Assembly (NCBI GenBank): GCA_963740415.1
Contig: CAVUEC010000012.1
Coordinates: forward strand, 799 to 64,798
DNA length: 64,000 nt
Direction: 5' to 3'
Origin: Candidatus Eiseniibacteriota bacterium
Lineage (GTDB): Bacteria; Eisenbacteria; RBG-16-71-46; SZUA-252
The notes beneath the pieces were generated by a model. It did not search any database and had not been told where the DNA came from. It saw only the letters and a list, made by a program, of their open reading frames with translations. Position numbers and translations under genes: made by a program. Below, one piece after another: positions 61,472-64,000 of the stretch (position 1 is its first letter; every line of letters begins with the position of its first letter).

Positions 61472-62725
61472 ATGGAATTCCCCACGTGGGTCGAAGTTGA
61501 TCTGGATCGCTTCCGCCGGAACCTCGGCGCCATCCGCGCTGCCATCGGCGCGGGTCGTGGAATCCTTCTGGTCGTCAAGGCGGACGCGTACGGGCACGGC
61601 GCCGTGGAGATCGCCCGCCACGCCGTCGAAACCGGCGTCACCATGCTCGGCGTGGCCACGCTCCACGAGGGCATCGAGCTTCGCTCCGCCGGAATCACGG
61701 TTCCAATTGTCATCCTGAGCCCCACGCTTCTCTCCGAAGTCGACGAGATCATCGAACACCGGCTCACCCCCTGCATCAATTCGATCGAGTTCGCGGATCT
61801 GTTCTCCGGGCGCTGCGTGGCGCACCAGGTGCTCTCGCGGTTCCACGTCGAGGTGGATACCGGGATGGGGCGCACCGGGATCTCGGACGGGGACGCGATC
61901 CCGTTCATCGAGCGCGTCGCGGGCATGCCGAATCTCACCCTCGAGGGGGTCTTCACCCACTTTCCGCACGCGGACAGCGGGCGCACGGACGTCACCGAGG
62001 AGCAGCTCCGCCGCTTTGGGGAGATTCTCCGCGGGCTGAGTCTCCGGAAGATCGAGGTCCCGATCCGGCACGCCGCCAACAGCGCCGGGATCCTGAGCGT
62101 CCGGGATTCCTTCCTCGACATGGTGCGGCCGGGCATCCTCGCCTACGGGTTTTATCCCAGCGCCGAGGTGCCCCGGTCGATCCCGGTCGAGGGGGTCATG
62201 TCCTTCAAGACCCGCATTGTTCAATTGCGAGATGTTCCTCCCGGTCGTTATATCAGCTATGGTCGCACCTACCAGACGGCGCGCTGGACCCGGGTCGCCG
62301 TGCTTCCGGTGGGATACGGGCACGGGTACCCCTGGACGCTCTCCAATCGCGGCCAGGTCCTGATCCGGGGAAAGAGGGCGCCGATCGTCGGAAGGGTCAC
62401 CATGGACCTCACGATGGTGGACGCCTCGGGCATCGACGAGGCCGAGTTGGGCGACGAGGTCGTTCTCTGGGGAGAACAGCGAGGATCGCGGATCGGGCTG
62501 GATGAGGTGGCTGCGTGGGCGCAGACCATCCCGTACGATCTGCTCTGCAGCATGGGGAAGCGCGTGGTCCGGATGTTCCTGGAGGACGGGCATCCCCCCA
62601 AAGTGCTGACGCTCATTGGCGAGCGTCAGGAAGTCGAGGTGGCCGAGCAGGGAAACGCCGGCGCGGCGGGAAAGCGTCGCCGGCGGAAGGTCCAATATCG
62701 GACTCGGGCCGGCTCCTCGGGGTGA
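61472..62725 (+). CDS. alr: Alanine racemase
   Basis: VVKADAYGHG, VDTGMGRTG, FTHF, HAANSAG, VRPGILAYG, GRVTMD. Confidence 0.95.
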   Translation: MEFPTWVEVDLDRFRRNLGAIRAAIGAGRGILLVVKADAYGHGAVEIARHAVETGVTMLGVATLHEGIELRSAGITVPIVILSPTLLSEVDEIIEHRLTPCINSIEFADLFSGRCVAHQVLSRFHVEVDTGMGRTGISDGDAIPFIERVAGMPNLTLEGVFTHFPHADSGRTDVTEEQLRRFGEILRGLSLRKIEVPIRHAANSAGILSVRDSFLDMVRPGILAYGFYPSAEVPRSIPVEGVMSFKTRIVQLRDVPPGRYISYGRTYQTARWTRVAVLPVGYGHGYPWTLSNRGQVLIRGKRAPIVGRVTMDLTMVDASGIDEAELGDEVVLWGEQRGSRIGLDEVAAWAQTIPYDLLCSMGKRVVRMFLEDGHPPKVLTLIGERQEVEVAEQGNAGAAGKRRRRKVQYRTRAGSSG

Positions 62726-62732
62726 GGAGGGA

Positions 62733-62990
62733 ATGAGCGAGCGGGATTTTCAAGTTGGCGATTGGGTGAGACACCCGGAGTTCGGGGACGGCTTGATCCT
62801 CGAATCGAAGGGAGGGGGAGAGTCGGCTTCGGTGCTGGTCTCCTTTCCCGACAATTCGCGGCGACGGCTCATGGTGCGCTTCGCGCGCCTGAGCCTTCTC
62901 GAGCCCCCACCTTCGTCGAAGGCGAAGGCGGACGGCGAGGGAAAACCGGCCCGCGCGAAGGCAAGCCGCAAGAAAACCGGAAGCCGGTAG
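62733..62990 (+). CDS. Stand-alone PcrA/UvrD C-terminal Tudor-like domain protein
   Basis: GAGGAGG RBS; FQVGDWVRHPEFGDG...VSFPD...RRLMVRFARL, then basic tail. Confidence 0.75.
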   Translation: MSERDFQVGDWVRHPEFGDGLILESKGGGESASVLVSFPDNSRRRLMVRFARLSLLEPPPSSKAKADGEGKPARAKASRKKTGSR

Positions 62991-62991
62991 G

Positions 62992-63402
62992 GTGCCGGGC
63001 GCCGACGCCCCCGCCGCGCGCCTCCTGGCCGCGGCTCGCGCCTTGCTTCCCTCGGCCGCGGCTCGCTATTCCCATTTTCGGGTCGCGGCCGTCATCGAGG
63101 ACGCCTCCGGCCAGACGCACCCCGGGGTCAACGTGGAGAGCGTGAGCTACGGGCTCACGATCTGCGCGGAGCGGGTCGCGCTCACCGGCGCGCTGACGCG
63201 GGGCGCCACTGAGTTTCGCAGCATCGCGGTCGTGGCGGACCGCGCCCGCCCGGTCCTCCCCTGCGGCGCCTGCCGCCAGCTTCTGCTCGAATACGCCCCC
63301 GACCTGGTCCTGATCCTGGAAGGCGCCGACGGCGCGCCCGAATCTCTTCCGCTCCGCACGCTCCTCCCCCGACCGTTCCTCGATCTTGGCCCTCGCTCCT
63401 GA
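62992..63402 (+). CDS. cdd: Cytidine deaminase
   Basis: YSHFRVAA, GVNVE, TICAER, PCGACRQ. Confidence 0.92.
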   Translation: MPGADAPAARLLAAARALLPSAAARYSHFRVAAVIEDASGQTHPGVNVESVSYGLTICAERVALTGALTRGATEFRSIAVVADRARPVLPCGACRQLLLEYAPDLVLILEGADGAPESLPLRTLLPRPFLDLGPRS

Positions 63403-63436
63403 TCTTCGTGTCCCGGCCCCGCCCCTGGCCCCGTCG

Positions 63437-64000
63437 ATGAAGGACCTCATCCGGCGCAAGAGGGACGGCGGCGCGCTGACCGAGGACCAGATCGAGCGAT
63501 GGGTGCGCGGGGTCGCCGACGGGACCGTTCCCGACTACCAGAGCGCGGCGCTCCTCATGGCGATCACGCTGCGCGGCATGTCGCAGGACGAGACCCTCGC
63601 GTTGACCCGGGCGATGCTTCGGTCCGGCCGCACGCTCGAGTGGACCAAGCTCGGCCGTCCGACCGTGGACAAGCATTCGACCGGGGGCGTGGGCGACAAG
63701 GTCTCGCTCGCGCTCGCGCCGTGGATCGCCGCGTGCGGCGCGTGCGTGCCCATGATCGCGGGCCGCGGCCTGGGGCATACGGGCGGGACGCTGGACAAGC
63801 TCGAGGCGATCCCGGGGTACCGTGTTCTTCTGACCCTGGATGAATTCTCGGCCCAGGTGGCCTCGGTCGGCGTGGTGATCGCGGGCCAGAGCGACGAGCT
63901 GGTGCCGGCCGACCGAGAGCTGTACGCGCTCCGCGACGTGACGGCCACGGTCGAGTCGGTCCCGCTCATCGTGGCGAGCATCGTGAGCAAGAAGTTCGCT
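63437..64000 (+). CDS. pdp: Pyrimidine-nucleoside/thymidine phosphorylase (3'-truncated)
   Basis: MKDLIRRKRDG, PDYQ, DKHSTGGVGDK, GRGLGHTGGTLDKLEAIPG, LYALRDVTATV; runs off the window. Confidence 0.92.
   Translation, partial: MKDLIRRKRDGGALTEDQIERWVRGVADGTVPDYQSAALLMAITLRGMSQDETLALTRAMLRSGRTLEWTKLGRPTVDKHSTGGVGDKVSLALAPWIAACGACVPMIAGRGLGHTGGTLDKLEAIPGYRVLLTLDEFSAQVASVGVVIAGQSDELVPADRELYALRDVTATVESVPLIVASIVSKKFA

Noticed and set aside
4215-62695. Long antisense or alternate-frame ORFs (e.g. 4215-5858, 9453-11171, 26900-28573, 43488-45521, 61430-62695)
   Set aside because: Shadow ORFs expected in high-GC DNA; they overlap well-supported genes and show no domain motifs

Overview
GC-rich bacterial chromosome segment. 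Secreted proteins with FlgD-Ig/T9SS-like C-terminal domains, a gingipain-like C25 peptidase and C-terminal TWGKIKxxYR proteins suggest an FCB-related candidate phylum such as Ca. Eisenbacteria (inference). At least 15 single-base frameshifts, some in housekeeping genes, point to assembly indels rather than pseudogenes. Housekeeping blocks: yggS-yggU-punA-ileS-dksA-like-lspA-rluD-ruvX/mltG-tRNA-Val; murQ-ABC-anmK-spoIID-tRNA-Asp; speB-rlmI; mazG; alr-cdd-pdp. Two accessory loci stand out. (1) 7988-19394: a translationally coupled operon (Ser/Thr kinase-ATPase-TPR, lipoprotein adaptor, PqqD/RRE-like-M50 peptidase-HlyD fusion, GAF-GAF-HlyD) with no ABC or RND pump. It is followed by a 42-aa Lys-rich peptide gene, absent from the ORF track, with its own sigma54 promoter and terminator, facing a GAF-containing sigma54 activator: a candidate peptide processing/export/signalling system. 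(2) 34734-40053: an array behind tRNA-Val of three dockerin-like secreted paralogues and three TWGKIK-tailed secreted paralogues with mosaic duplication. No CRISPR array, transposase, integrase or rRNA was seen.
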